Shown here in pieces: positions 38,992 through 50,017 of a stretch of 64,000 bases of DNA. Made by a program: the position numbers and the translations under genes. This stretch comes from Promethearchaeota archaeon. GTDB lineage: Archaea > Asgardarchaeota > Lokiarchaeia > Sigyniarchaeales > SOKP01. Numbering within the stretch: the stretch's first letter is position 1; every line of letters starts with the position of its first letter. Location: NCBI GenBank assembly GCA_019894975.1, contig JAGXNO010000002.1, positions 64,001-128,000 of the forward strand, given 5' to 3'. A model generated the notes under the pieces. It worked only from the letters and a program-made list of their open reading frames with translations, was not told the DNA's origin and searched no databases.

Positions 38992-41349
38992 ATGACGATA
39001 AAATCAATATCTAATTTAGTTATTGAAAAATTTGGCTTAGATCTATTTCAACAATCTCTCAATTTCCCGAAAAATAAGATAAATATTTTTTCTTTACGAG
39101 AAGAACCTCTAAAGATTAGAACTATTATCTTTGATAATGATCGTGAATATCATCTTATAATAGATGAGAAAAAAGCGGAAATATTTCATGACTGTCCATT
39201 ATTTTTAATCCATTCAGAAAGAGAAAAGAAAATCTGTGTTCATTTTATTAAATTGCTTTCAATCATAAAACCTCTACATGCTGCTAAACTATTAAAGAAT
39301 CTAGAGAACTATAATCTAACTTCAGATGATTTTGGATTAAAAAAAAAGAGTAAGAATTTCCAATTATTAGCCAATAATTGTGTTAAAAGCAATAACTGGG
39401 TTGAAGCTCTTAACTATTTAAACAAAGCCATTAGTAGTCAATTCGATAGTAACCCAATTATTGAAATTTATTTAACAATTGCAATTGAAAATAATTTATT
39501 TCTCGAATTTTTTGAGTTTTTAAGAAATGCGTATGAAAATGATCTACCACATGTTTTTCCTAAATTCGATGAATTTCTTGAAATAGGTTTTAAAAAATTA
39601 TTAAATGTCATTCATAAATATTCCTTTTTTAATGTACTTAAAATAGCCGACTCAGTCGATTCTATTCTAAAATATAAAGATCCTTCGTTTATATCTCAGC
39701 TTTTTAACAAATTTGAGAAATTAGTTAGAAGCTCGAACTTTAATGAAAATTATTTTTCAATTTATCTAATTAAAAGGAATATAGATGTTTTGGTTAAGCA
39801 TAATCCTGAATATACAAAAATAATTACTCAAGACCAATTGAACTCACTAAAAAACAAACTATTAAACTATTTCTTGTCTGAAATCGATAGTTTTTGTTTA
39901 ATTGACAAATTAAAACTTTTAAAACGTCAATTTAGGGTCATAGAAATTCCAAAAAAAAAATATTATGATGAGTATAAGAAGTATAAAACAGAAATTAAAC
40001 ATCTAGAAAAGAAGTTATATTTGAAGAAATTTGCATTTCTGAAATTGTTATCTGAAAAATACAATGTAAAACAAACAATTGGAGAATTTAAAAAGAAGAG
40101 AAATGCCTATATAGTAAAACATGATGAAGAAAACTTTAAAAATCCTGTCTATAACTATATTATCTCTCGTATCGGTTTTTTTGGATTAAATGAACAAACC
40201 ATAAAGTCTTCAGAAATCGGAATTAACTACTTTATAATGAAAGAACTATTTTCAGACAATTTGGGTACTTTTCAAGATGTAAATTACTACAAAACACAAT
40301 TCTGGGGAGAAAATGAATATTCTATTAACCCACTTGAAGGATTTTCATTACTAACAAAAAATATTGAATATAATTATGAAGATGAACAGAAATATTCTGA
40401 AGATGTAATTATTATTGAATGGGATTTAGCAAGCAAACCTATTCAAGGGAGTATAGTGAATGCTTATGGGGCTCAAATAATTATCCCTGATCAAAATAAT
40501 CCATTATTTCATGATTTAAAGCCTTTTGATCTTTGTTACTGCAAGAAGACACCAGTTAAAATCGAAAGTAATATAATTAAAATTGTTAATGTGATTACTA
40601 AATGTTCATTCAAAGATGCAATTAAAAGTGTATGTAAAGGTATGGATTTTATAGAAGGTTATTATCCTTTGTCATTTGTAAGAGCAGTACTAAATAAAGA
40701 AATGAATCCATTTCAAGCAAATGACATGGTAATTAATAATCCAAATAAAGATTTTATCCCAAACTACAGTAAGTTCGTTCAAACATTTAGAAAGTTCCTG
40801 TTTGATTTTATTTTTAATGAAAAGGATTTAATTTTTGAAGAACTAAAGTCTGAAATTCACGGAAAATCAGATCAAATCTTAATCCTATTAAACTTGACAA
40901 ATGAGTTAAGTGGATTAGACTTACCTTTTTCAGAGTTACTCGAAGATATTGCATGTCCTGAAATTGATTTAATCGAATTTAAATCTAAATTCGTAAAGAA
41001 AATCCATTTATATATAAAAGAAACTCTGAATAAGCGAGATCTCGGAAGTACTAAGATATTTGATTTGAAAAAATTAAGAAATACTCAATTTTTTAAATAT
41101 GCTGATAAAATTTTACTTATTAGAAAGGAAGAATTTGAATCATCAAAAATAATAAAATCTATTAATGAGACTGGGACTCGGTATAATATTTCAGAGATTT
41201 TAAAAACGTATTATGGTCACAAATTCTCGAAGATTCTACAATTAGGAGATGTATCATCTCTAAAACCAGATAAATTCAAGAAATTCCTTGATTTTTCTTT
41301 AAAATTGAAATTAAATTTAAGAGTTATTGATTCCTTGGATGACGCATAA
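38992..41349 (+). CDS. SWIM-like zinc-finger helical protein
   Basis: N-terminal HDC-x12-CVH pattern; 8 bp after the vWA gene. Confidence 0.7.
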   Translation: MTIKSISNLVIEKFGLDLFQQSLNFPKNKINIFSLREEPLKIRTIIFDNDREYHLIIDEKKAEIFHDCPLFLIHSEREKKICVHFIKLLSIIKPLHAAKLLKNLENYNLTSDDFGLKKKSKNFQLLANNCVKSNNWVEALNYLNKAISSQFDSNPIIEIYLTIAIENNLFLEFFEFLRNAYENDLPHVFPKFDEFLEIGFKKLLNVIHKYSFFNVLKIADSVDSILKYKDPSFISQLFNKFEKLVRSSNFNENYFSIYLIKRNIDVLVKHNPEYTKIITQDQLNSLKNKLLNYFLSEIDSFCLIDKLKLLKRQFRVIEIPKKKYYDEYKKYKTEIKHLEKKLYLKKFAFLKLLSEKYNVKQTIGEFKKKRNAYIVKHDEENFKNPVYNYIISRIGFFGLNEQTIKSSEIGINYFIMKELFSDNLGTFQDVNYYKTQFWGENEYSINPLEGFSLLTKNIEYNYEDEQKYSEDVIIIEWDLASKPIQGSIVNAYGAQIIIPDQNNPLFHDLKPFDLCYCKKTPVKIESNIIKIVNVITKCSFKDAIKSVCKGMDFIEGYYPLSFVRAVLNKEMNPFQANDMVINNPNKDFIPNYSKFVQTFRKFLFDFIFNEKDLIFEELKSEIHGKSDQILILLNLTNELSGLDLPFSELLEDIACPEIDLIEFKSKFVKKIHLYIKETLNKRDLGSTKIFDLKKLRNTQFFKYADKILLIRKEEFESSKIIKSINETGTRYNISEILKTYYGHKFSKILQLGDVSSLKPDKFKKFLDFSLKLKLNLRVIDSLDDA

Positions 41350-41351
41350 TT

Positions 41352-42542
41352 CTAATTATTAATTTGCAATTTTCCATAATTGGAATCATAACCGGGCATA
41401 AACCAGAAATTTCCCTTTCTAACGTGGTTTATTGCACTAATTAAATCTTCAGGTAATCCTTTAAAATTGCTTTTTCCTTCCCAAATATTGTATTCGCTAC
41501 CATTATTAGAGATTATTTTATCATACAGAAATAAATTCTTTCTATCATATTCTGTTCCTCCTAAAATAACTGCAATTAGTGAAAGAATTGGCACGATATA
41601 CTGAAAACTAATATTTTCAGTATATTTTTTATCATGTAATTTTTGAACCCGAGAAAGAACTCCTTTAGTTAAACTTTTACCGCAATATGGGCAAATTTCT
41701 AAATTAAGCTTCGGACTACAATAGTAATCTAATTTATTTTCATGACGTTCTTTTTTATGCCCATCATAATAATACTTGCCTGCGGATGGTTTAAATTCAT
41801 ATGTTTTTACAATTTTATTAGCTCTTATTGATTCAATAAGATGACGATAATTTATTTTATTTAAATAAAATACACTTGATTCTCGCCCTAATCTATGAAA
41901 GGCCGTAGAATGACTATCTGAATTGGATATTATAGTAAATCGGTCTAATTCAGAAATCCTCCTTACCATGAAAGGATCTGCACTTAACCCCGTTTCTATC
42001 GCATGAATTAGGTTAATACTTCCACCCAAAGCCTCACCCATGTTCTCAAAATATGATTTTTCACCAAGTATTCCAAAAAAAGGTGTAAAGATGTGAGCAG
42101 GAATAATCTCAATCCTACGGTCTATTGCTTTCAGACCGAAAATAATTGATTCAACAGAAGAATAGATCTTAGGCCTACCATTTTTTCCCAAGTCACCAAA
42201 TCTAGATAAAAACTTCAAAGATTCATTTACTTTTTCAAAGTTGGGAAACAAAATAAGGAAATGAACCCTTTTCAAATGACCATTATATTTCCAAATTAAT
42301 TCAATTTCAGTTTGTAAAATAAAGTATATATTCGGTACTTTATCTAAATAATAAACACCATCTGTGTATTCAATTAAGTTTGTTTTTAAATTATTTAACC
42401 AGGAAGTATGTAAACAATCTCCTGTGCCTAAAATATTTATACCTTTTTTCGCAGAATTTAAAGCTAGGTTAAAAATATTTATATTTCTACTAGCCCCACC
42501 AGAATATTTACTATGGATATGTAGGTCACCTATCATTTGCAT
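41352..42542 (-). CDS. endonuclease Q family (PHP domain) protein
   Basis: DLHIHSKYS, GTGD, PAHIFTP, ETGLSAD, SNSDSHS, CPYCG, PGYD. Confidence 0.9.
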   Translation of the reverse strand: MQMIGDLHIHSKYSGGASRNINIFNLALNSAKKGINILGTGDCLHTSWLNNLKTNLIEYTDGVYYLDKVPNIYFILQTEIELIWKYNGHLKRVHFLILFPNFEKVNESLKFLSRFGDLGKNGRPKIYSSVESIIFGLKAIDRRIEIIPAHIFTPFFGILGEKSYFENMGEALGGSINLIHAIETGLSADPFMVRRISELDRFTIISNSDSHSTAFHRLGRESSVFYLNKINYRHLIESIRANKIVKTYEFKPSAGKYYYDGHKKERHENKLDYYCSPKLNLEICPYCGKSLTKGVLSRVQKLHDKKYTENISFQYIVPILSLIAVILGGTEYDRKNLFLYDKIISNNGSEYNIWEGKSNFKGLPEDLISAINHVRKGNFWFMPGYDSNYGKLQINN

Positions 42543-42789
42543 AAATTATCACTCCATTCTGTAAAAAATTGTAATAAAATTGCGTTAAAAGTATTTAAAA
42601 TCCACTAAAAGTATTAAAAATAACCTAATCAGAAGAAATTAGCTTTTTTTCTGTCTGTGTTTAAAGCTTAATGAAGAAATTAATATCGTATAGATTTTTT
42701 TGTATGATTACCTTTATATTTTGCATAAATTTTATTTAAAATAGAATTGGAAAGTATTATTGAGAAAAAATTAAGAAAATGCTCTAATT

Positions 42790-44079
42790 ATGATAAACGA
42801 TAATTATCAACACCCGTCTAAAGATATACTAGAAAGTAAGGGAACTATCCTTAGAGGAAAAACTATTTGCATGTGTTTAACTGGTTCAGTAGCCGTTATA
42901 ACATCTCCAATTGTTGCAAGGGAACTGATGAGGTTAGGTGCCGAAGTAATATGTGTGATGTCCAAAGCAGCTACAGAATTAATTAATCCCTCTTTGATGG
43001 AATGGGCAACAGGAAATAAAGTCATTACCAATTTAACTGGTGCGGTGGAACATGTTTATTTAGCTGGTGATAGACCAAAAACAATTGGGAAAGCTGACAT
43101 AATACTAGTTTGTCCCGCAACTGCGAATACAATATCAAAGATTGCCAGTGGTATTGATGATACCCCAGTCACAACTGTTGTTTCTACAGCCTTCGGAACA
43201 TCAATCCCAATAGTAATTGTACCAGCAATGCACGAAAGCATGTATCGGCATCCTATTCTTAAACAAAATGAGAATAAGTTGAGAGAATGTGGAGTTGAGA
43301 TATTGCGTCCTAGACTTTCGGAGGGAAAGGCTAAAATCGCGCGAATTGATGATATTATTGATAGAGTAATAGATATCTTAGTAACCAAAAAAGATTTTGA
43401 GGGTAAAAGAGTTTTGATTACTGCTGGTCCTACTAGAGAAGCAATTGACTCAGTTCGTTTTGTTTCAAATAAATCATCTGGAAAAATGGGAATAGAAATA
43501 GCAAAAGAGGCCGCAGCTAGAGGTGCTGAAGTTATTTTGATCGCCGGGGAATGTAGAGCTAAACTTCCAGAATATATTGAAACTATTCATGTTGTATCCA
43601 CAGATGACTTTATTAAAGCAGTCAAAAATGAAATCTCATATAAAACATATGATTTTTTTATCTCAGCAGCAGCTATAAGTGATTATAAACCAATCGAATG
43701 TATTGAGGGGAAGATTTCCTCTGATAACGTAGAAGAATTGCATCTTAATATGAGACTAACACCAAAAATTATAGATGTAGCTAGAAAAAAAGATTATAAT
43801 TTATTTATTGTTGCATTTAAGGCAGAAACAGACGTTTCTAGAAGTGAGTTAATAAATAGAGCCTATAATCGCCTTAAAAAGTCTGAAATAGATTTAATTG
43901 TAGCTAATGATATAGGCAGAGAAGACATTGGATTTAGCAGTAAGTATAATGAAGTTTATATAATTGATAAGAAAAAACACATTACTCATGTTGAAAGAAA
44001 CACTAAAAGATATATTGCTTCAAAAGTTCTTGATGTTGTTTTAGAAGCAAGAAAAACTAAACAAATTAAATCGGATTAA
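42790..44079 (+). CDS. coaBC: bifunctional phosphopantothenoylcysteine decarboxylase/synthetase
   Basis: TGSVA, PATANTISK, PAM, TAGPTRE, NKSSGKMG, AAISDY, FKAET. Confidence 0.95.
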   Translation: MINDNYQHPSKDILESKGTILRGKTICMCLTGSVAVITSPIVARELMRLGAEVICVMSKAATELINPSLMEWATGNKVITNLTGAVEHVYLAGDRPKTIGKADIILVCPATANTISKIASGIDDTPVTTVVSTAFGTSIPIVIVPAMHESMYRHPILKQNENKLRECGVEILRPRLSEGKAKIARIDDIIDRVIDILVTKKDFEGKRVLITAGPTREAIDSVRFVSNKSSGKMGIEIAKEAAARGAEVILIAGECRAKLPEYIETIHVVSTDDFIKAVKNEISYKTYDFFISAAAISDYKPIECIEGKISSDNVEELHLNMRLTPKIIDVARKKDYNLFIVAFKAETDVSRSELINRAYNRLKKSEIDLIVANDIGREDIGFSSKYNEVYIIDKKKHITHVERNTKRYIASKVLDVVLEARKTKQIKSD

Positions 44080-44386
44080 CACCTAAAAGTTCCTATTTCT
44101 CTTTTAGTGTTAATAAGTTTTATATTTAGTTCTCTATTTAAGGAAAATATTTAAATACTAATTTAATTACACTAAAGAGTGAAGAGAAAAGTTAAGTTTG
44201 CATGGTATGTATAAGAGTGAGGTGTAATATGCTTCACATCTATTATAATACAATAACAAATTAACACTCAATGTATTTATAGGTGTATTATGTTTTAGAA
44301 ATTAATGAAAACAAAAGAACAAGAGTGCGTTTAAAATTTCATCAAAAGAAGAAGGACAGATAAAGCAAGGTACGATTGCAGAATTT

Positions 44387-47300
44387 ATGCGAAAGCGTAC
44401 CCAACTAGTAGGCTTTGAATTTGGGTACTGGAAACATGTTCAATATTGCGCAGAGTTTACAGATAATGCCCTTGATGCTATTGAAAGTTTTCAATGGAAA
44501 GAATTGCAAAAACCTGATACAAAAATCAAATTTTCACTTGACCAAGATCTATTCTTAGAAAAATTCTCGATTTTTGAGGCAGCAAAAGAAGAGAAGAAGA
44601 CTCAACACCTAGATAATGAAGCTAAACACACATTAATGCAGGAATTGGGCATCGAAGCTCCAGATCTAGAGGAGACAGCTATAATAGAGCCCGAAACAAA
44701 GGAAGAGGAATCTGGAGAAATAATTGATAAAGATAAATTAGAAATAGAAGAGGAAGTACAGAGAATCATAGATGATATGCAAGAAATCATTAAACCCGTT
44801 GAAAACATTATTGATGTGGAACCAATCGTTATAGTACGAATAAGAGAATTTGAAGCTCCTTCATTTCTAACTTCTGAATTAAGTCAGAAAAATATAAAGA
44901 GTTTTACCTTTGAGGTTTTCGATAATGGAACTGGTATGGCAAAAATTGATTTAAGAAAATTTGGGAGATATCTTGCTTCATCGAAATCATTGGAGTTAAA
45001 ACAGACAAGGGGAAGCCAAGGATTTGGATCACCAAGCGCTTTTAGTGATGCTCAAAATACAACAGGCAAGCCTATTATTGCAGTTTCAAAGTCATCTGAT
45101 AATGTATATGCTACTGCTACCGAATTTTTTACAACATCCAAAAATGAGAAGAAATATTTAATTCACCCAACTGACATTGATAGCCTATTTTTACATGGTA
45201 CATATATAAAATTGAATTATTTGAATGTAAAATACATTAAAGGATATGTTGAGAAGTATATTGAGGAGACTGCTTACATGAATCCTCATATTACAATTAT
45301 TTATTTAGATCCTGATGGAAAAGAAAAAATTTATCGTCGGTTAGCATCTGCTTTCCCTAAAGAACCCAAATATGCAAAACCACATCCGTCATCGATAAAT
45401 ATTGGTGATCTTCAAGATCTTATTTCAAAATCAGAGAACAAGTCTATTGCATCATTCCTAAAAGAAAATTTTGTAAGGATAACTTCAAAAACAGCAAGAA
45501 ATATTATTGAATTGGCTGAGAGAGACCTTCAAGATAATTTGAATCTTCTGATACTAACGAACGGGTTCATAAGTCGAACACATAAAAAAAATGAGACACC
45601 CTATTATCTTAACTTTGAAAAAAGAGTCTTTGGCCGTTCTACTAACCCTAGAGATAAGCTCATAATTTATAAATTGAATTCTGAAGATCTCTTAGAGAAA
45701 TTTTGGAATTTAATCTCTAAATATAATTTAAGTGAAGTGGATAAAGAAAAAATTAACAAGGAAATAAAAAAATTACATAACCGAATCGATAAATCTGATA
45801 CTCTAAAAGAAAAAAAGAATAATGAAAAACAGATAAAAATTTTATTAAATAATATTGAAGATATCAATAAGGATAAAGAAAAAATAAAAAACGAACTAAA
45901 TACTCTCTTCAAAACTTATAAAAATAGTCTAATTGAGCTAAAAAAAATTAAAAATAGAACTGATTTTGAAGACTTAATTAATAAAGTTCAGCTCTCCAAA
46001 ATTAAACCAACTGATATAACTAAAGAACAGTTCAATTCTCTTTTCCGTGCTTTTAAATCTATTAAATATATGTCTCCTCCAACCGATACAGCGATTCCTG
46101 TTGGTGATTTAATTTTGGAAAATACTTTAATTAAAGAAATTGGATTGCGAGTTTCAGAAGGTATAGACGATTTTGATATTCCTGTAGAAAATATAAGTCA
46201 GACTATTGATATTATAAATGAGGAAAAAAAACTTGCCTTAACCAGTGGGGAGTCAAAGAACAAGCCTGAAATTTTAGAGGATCTTTCAATAAATCCAGAA
46301 GAAGTTATTAGTTTAAGTTCTGATATATTAGGAAATATCGATATAGGGGGAGATAAATTAGAAATTCGACAAATTCAAAATTCTATTGATGATCTTCTTA
46401 CATTTTCTGAGATTGAACCTGTTGTTAGTTATGGTGATGTTTTTGAATATTTTATTGAAAATTATACTAAAGATGATGATTTTGTGTCAGCTGAAACCAG
46501 ATCCCCTACAACTGGGAAGGGATTAGCTTATGTTGTGGAAGCAGTTATGGCTTATTCAAGAAATATTGAAGTTCCAAAACGTTCAAGAGATGTATTATCT
46601 AGATTTGTGAATAGAACCCCTAAATTAAGAGATAGTGCCGATTGTGCTATAACCAAAGCTGTTCAGTCAGTGAATTGGAAAAATTATAAACTTGAAACTT
46701 ATGATAATAATTTACCAAAAGGACCAATTAAATTGTTGGTAAATGTCTCTGGACCATTTGTACACCTTATGTTTAAATCCCAATCAAAGAATGCATTGGC
46801 TGATGATGAAAATCTAATTAAAGAAATAAAGTTCTGTCTTGAATCAATAGGAAGAAGACTGAGGATCTACATTAATAGAAGAGCAAACCGTCATCAAAGT
46901 CAAAAGCGAGCTAGTTTAATTGAAAAGTATATCCCCATTTTTTCCCAAAGTATCTACAATATTGCTTCTAAAGGGGAGAGCAAATATAAAGCAGAAATTA
47001 AATTAGAAGAAATTATAAATTCAATGAAGCAAGCAATTGGAAAAAAACCTGTTCCTACGATTGAAGATGAATTGAAAACTGAAAAACCTGAGGATAAAAA
47101 ACTGGATATATCAAAAGAAGTAGTGCAGGAAGAACCAAGTCAGGTTGAAGTAAAAAGTTCTAGAAAAGAAATTGAAGAAAGGTTACCTAAAATAGATTTA
47201 ATTTCTAAAAAGACTTTATTGAATTGGACTGTTGATGAACTTAAAACATATTGTATAGAGCAACAAATAACTTTACCTTCGACTGCAAGGAAAAATCAAA

Positions 47301-47683
47301 TAATTGAGAAGATACTTGACTCATTTGTTATTGAAAAAATTTCAAAAAAGCCTTCTGAACCTAAACCTCAAACAAAGGCAATGATTGTGGAAAAATCTAC
47401 ACCCCCAAAATCTCCAATTAAACGAAAGCCTAAAGAAATTATAGCCCAACCAAAACCCTCAAAACCAAAGTCAACCCAAACTACACTCCCAATGATAACT
47501 TCCGATAGAATTCTGAAAGTATTATCAGACGAATGGCAGACAATAAAACATCTAATTTTCAAATTAAAAATAAAGGATATGATGGACGCGAGATATCTTC
47601 AACTGAAACTTAAAGAACTGGAGCGTAAGGAAGAAGTGCTAGTTGAAGTAAAAATGGGTAGAAAACAATGGAAATTAAAGTAG
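44387..47683 (+). CDS. top6B: DNA topoisomerase VI subunit B, expanded (frame open upstream to ~44309)
   Basis: GHKL motifs EFTDNALDA, DNGTGM, TRGSQGFG; KPHP; RFVNRTP; adjacent to top6A. Confidence 0.92.
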   Translation: MRKRTQLVGFEFGYWKHVQYCAEFTDNALDAIESFQWKELQKPDTKIKFSLDQDLFLEKFSIFEAAKEEKKTQHLDNEAKHTLMQELGIEAPDLEETAIIEPETKEEESGEIIDKDKLEIEEEVQRIIDDMQEIIKPVENIIDVEPIVIVRIREFEAPSFLTSELSQKNIKSFTFEVFDNGTGMAKIDLRKFGRYLASSKSLELKQTRGSQGFGSPSAFSDAQNTTGKPIIAVSKSSDNVYATATEFFTTSKNEKKYLIHPTDIDSLFLHGTYIKLNYLNVKYIKGYVEKYIEETAYMNPHITIIYLDPDGKEKIYRRLASAFPKEPKYAKPHPSSINIGDLQDLISKSENKSIASFLKENFVRITSKTARNIIELAERDLQDNLNLLILTNGFISRTHKKNETPYYLNFEKRVFGRSTNPRDKLIIYKLNSEDLLEKFWNLISKYNLSEVDKEKINKEIKKLHNRIDKSDTLKEKKNNEKQIKILLNNIEDINKDKEKIKNELNTLFKTYKNSLIELKKIKNRTDFEDLINKVQLSKIKPTDITKEQFNSLFRAFKSIKYMSPPTDTAIPVGDLILENTLIKEIGLRVSEGIDDFDIPVENISQTIDIINEEKKLALTSGESKNKPEILEDLSINPEEVISLSSDILGNIDIGGDKLEIRQIQNSIDDLLTFSEIEPVVSYGDVFEYFIENYTKDDDFVSAETRSPTTGKGLAYVVEAVMAYSRNIEVPKRSRDVLSRFVNRTPKLRDSADCAITKAVQSVNWKNYKLETYDNNLPKGPIKLLVNVSGPFVHLMFKSQSKNALADDENLIKEIKFCLESIGRRLRIYINRRANRHQSQKRASLIEKYIPIFSQSIYNIASKGESKYKAEIKLEEIINSMKQAIGKKPVPTIEDELKTEKPEDKKLDISKEVVQEEPSQVEVKSSRKEIEERLPKIDLISKKTLLNWTVDELKTYCIEQQITLPSTARKNQIIEKILDSFVIEKISKKPSEPKPQTKAMIVEKSTPPKSPIKRKPKEIIAQPKPSKPKSTQTTLPMITSDRILKVLSDEWQTIKHLIFKLKIKDMMDARYLQLKLKELERKEEVLVEVKMGRKQWKLK

Positions 47684-47710
47684 AATTATAAAAAAATATC
47701 GTGGTAAATC

Positions 47711-48898
47711 ATGGCTAAAAAGCAAGAAACTAAAATATTAGATTTAATAGCAGCGAGAAATTTATTTCTTGAGTATTTAGAAAGAAGAAGTGACAGAAAA
47801 GAAATTGATCTTCCCCCAGATACTGTTCAGATCGATGATCTTGCGAGAAAGGAAACATTAGAAAGATTATATAAACTTGTAGATAGTGTAATTGAGAAAA
47901 TCTATAGTACAGGAAGACCGTCTATTGAATTACCTTCAAGAACAAGTTCTAATATAATATGGGATGAGGAAAACGATTTATTATTACTCGGAAAGCAAAT
48001 AATGGAAAAACACTTTCATTCTCTTACAAGTGTAGCAGATATAACCAGATTAATGCGAGTTTTAGAAAAAGTTAATGAATTACTCGTTAAAGATCTTCAT
48101 GCAACAAAGAGGGAAATCTTCTATTCGGATGTAAAATTATTCTCAGAGCAAAAAAATAGCGATAAAAGCATTGAAGATGTAGCAAGCATGCTTTACACTA
48201 CACGAAATTCAACACATATCGTTGCATCGGCGAAAGGTGCTTGTATTGGTAGACTCAGAATAAGAGATAGAAGTGATATCATTGATCTTGAGGGATTAGG
48301 AACTGGGGGGTGGATGATAAGCCCGATGCTAGATAATATTGAAATTCTCGAATCTGATGCTGAATTTATTTTAGTCTTAGAAAAAGATGCCGCAATGATA
48401 CGATTATCTGAAGCCAGATTTTGGCGAAGATATCCTTGTATCATTTTAACAGCTAAAGGCGCTGCTGATATTGCTACGAGAATGTTTTTAAAACGATTAA
48501 ATAAAGAATTAAATTTACCAGTATTTAGCTTAGTTGATAGCGATCCTTATGGACATTATATTCATTCTGTTTATTTAAGAGGATCTAAACGCTTAAGCTA
48601 TGAATCTCCCTTCTTAGCAACTCCAGATATAAAACTACTTGGGGTTTTAACAAGAGATTTAGATAAATATAAGATTCCAGATGATTGTAGGATACCCATG
48701 AATAAAACGGATGAGAAAAGAACAAAAGAAATGCTTGAAGAGGATTTCGTAAAAAAGAATAAAGCTTGGGAAACTGACTTGAAATTAGCATTAAAATTAA
48801 AGGTTAAAGCTGAAATACAAGCTCTTTCAAGTCATGGATTTGAATTTCTTACTGATGTATATCTTCCAGAAAAATTAACTACTGGTGATTGGATATAA
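47711..48898 (+). CDS. top6A: DNA topoisomerase VI subunit A (Spo11 family)
   Basis: TKREIFY catalytic Tyr, LEKDA, DSDPYG Toprim, KAEIQAL. Confidence 0.96.
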   Translation: MAKKQETKILDLIAARNLFLEYLERRSDRKEIDLPPDTVQIDDLARKETLERLYKLVDSVIEKIYSTGRPSIELPSRTSSNIIWDEENDLLLLGKQIMEKHFHSLTSVADITRLMRVLEKVNELLVKDLHATKREIFYSDVKLFSEQKNSDKSIEDVASMLYTTRNSTHIVASAKGACIGRLRIRDRSDIIDLEGLGTGGWMISPMLDNIEILESDAEFILVLEKDAAMIRLSEARFWRRYPCIILTAKGAADIATRMFLKRLNKELNLPVFSLVDSDPYGHYIHSVYLRGSKRLSYESPFLATPDIKLLGVLTRDLDKYKIPDDCRIPMNKTDEKRTKEMLEEDFVKKNKAWETDLKLALKLKVKAEIQALSSHGFEFLTDVYLPEKLTTGDWI

Positions 48899-49281
48899 GA
48901 ATTTTTCGAAAAAAAGATGGTGGAATAGTCCAAATTGTTGATAAGGAAAAAATTATGGAATGGCCAATAGAATTCCCTTTAAAATTCGTTGAAGATATAA
49001 GAAGTAAACTTAAAAGTTATCGAGATACAAAAGTTCAAGACGAAATTTCTAAATATCTGGATGAAATTTTAACTACCTTAGCTATCCCAAATATTAAAGA
49101 AGCTCTTGAAAGTGGCACTAGCGAGAATATTTCATCCATGTTAACTTCTTTTGAGGAACTCTCAGAAACAAATGCTGATGCTCTTAAACCAATAACATCT
49201 TTATTAGAAAACTTAACTAGAAATAATAATAAAAGCGTGGCAGGAAGCGCACAAAGGATACTAGATAATATAGAAAGTTGA
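48889..49281 (+). CDS. hypothetical protein (C-terminal HEAT-like helices)
   Basis: 130 aa ORF coupled between top6A and pyrE. Confidence 0.7.
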   Translation: MDIRIFRKKDGGIVQIVDKEKIMEWPIEFPLKFVEDIRSKLKSYRDTKVQDEISKYLDEILTTLAIPNIKEALESGTSENISSMLTSFEELSETNADALKPITSLLENLTRNNNKSVAGSAQRILDNIES

Positions 49282-49302
49282 AATTAAGGTAATTGAATTA
49301 CA

Positions 49303-49974
49303 ATGAAGTGGAAAAAGGATGATTTTTACAATTTTATTATTAAACAAAACGTTGTTGGCTTCTTCAAAGAACCAATAAAATTAAAGTCTGGTAGGCTCTC
49401 ATCTTGGTATGTAAATTGGAGAAATGTTGCTAAAAATGTTCAATCAATTGATAATTTATCCGATTTCATTATAGCATATGTGAAAAGTGTAGGGTTAACA
49501 CCTGATTGTTTTTACGGTGTTCCCGAAGGAGCTACGAAACTCGGTATAATTTGCCAATATAAATGGGCAAAAAGTCAACCAAGTTATAAAAAGACAGACT
49601 ACATGTTATCAATGGGACGAGCTCAACCCAAAGACCATGGGGATCCAAAAGATCGATTTTTCTTAGGAATTCCTCAAGGAAAAGTTATAATTCTAGAAGA
49701 TGTTACTACTACAGGAAACTCTTTAATTGAAACTATCGATAAATTAAACCAGATCGATGTTTCAATAATAGCCGCGATTGGTCTCACAAATAGGAATGAA
49801 TTAAGAGAAGATAAGAAAACTGTAGAGCGGGCTGTAAAAGAAAAGGGTGTTAATTATTATGCCATGAGCAATGCAATAGATCTAATACCATACCTCAAAC
49901 CGGATAAAATAATTGCACAAAAGATTGAAGAATATTTCAAAAAATATGGATCTAGAGAAATTGAATTATCCTAA
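49303..49974 (+). CDS. pyrE: orotate phosphoribosyltransferase
   Basis: LKSGRLSSWYVN, KDHG, PRPP motif ILEDVTTTGNS. Confidence 0.88.
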   Translation: MKWKKDDFYNFIIKQNVVGFFKEPIKLKSGRLSSWYVNWRNVAKNVQSIDNLSDFIIAYVKSVGLTPDCFYGVPEGATKLGIICQYKWAKSQPSYKKTDYMLSMGRAQPKDHGDPKDRFFLGIPQGKVIILEDVTTTGNSLIETIDKLNQIDVSIIAAIGLTNRNELREDKKTVERAVKEKGVNYYAMSNAIDLIPYLKPDKIIAQKIEEYFKKYGSREIELS

Positions 49975-50017
49975 CATAAAATCAAATTGAAGTTCTTGTC
50001 AGTAGCTTTCATAAAAA

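Noticed and set aside
44200-44250. Weak hairpin in the coaBC-top6B intergenic region as an ncRNA
   Set aside because: Short, GU-rich and expected by chance.
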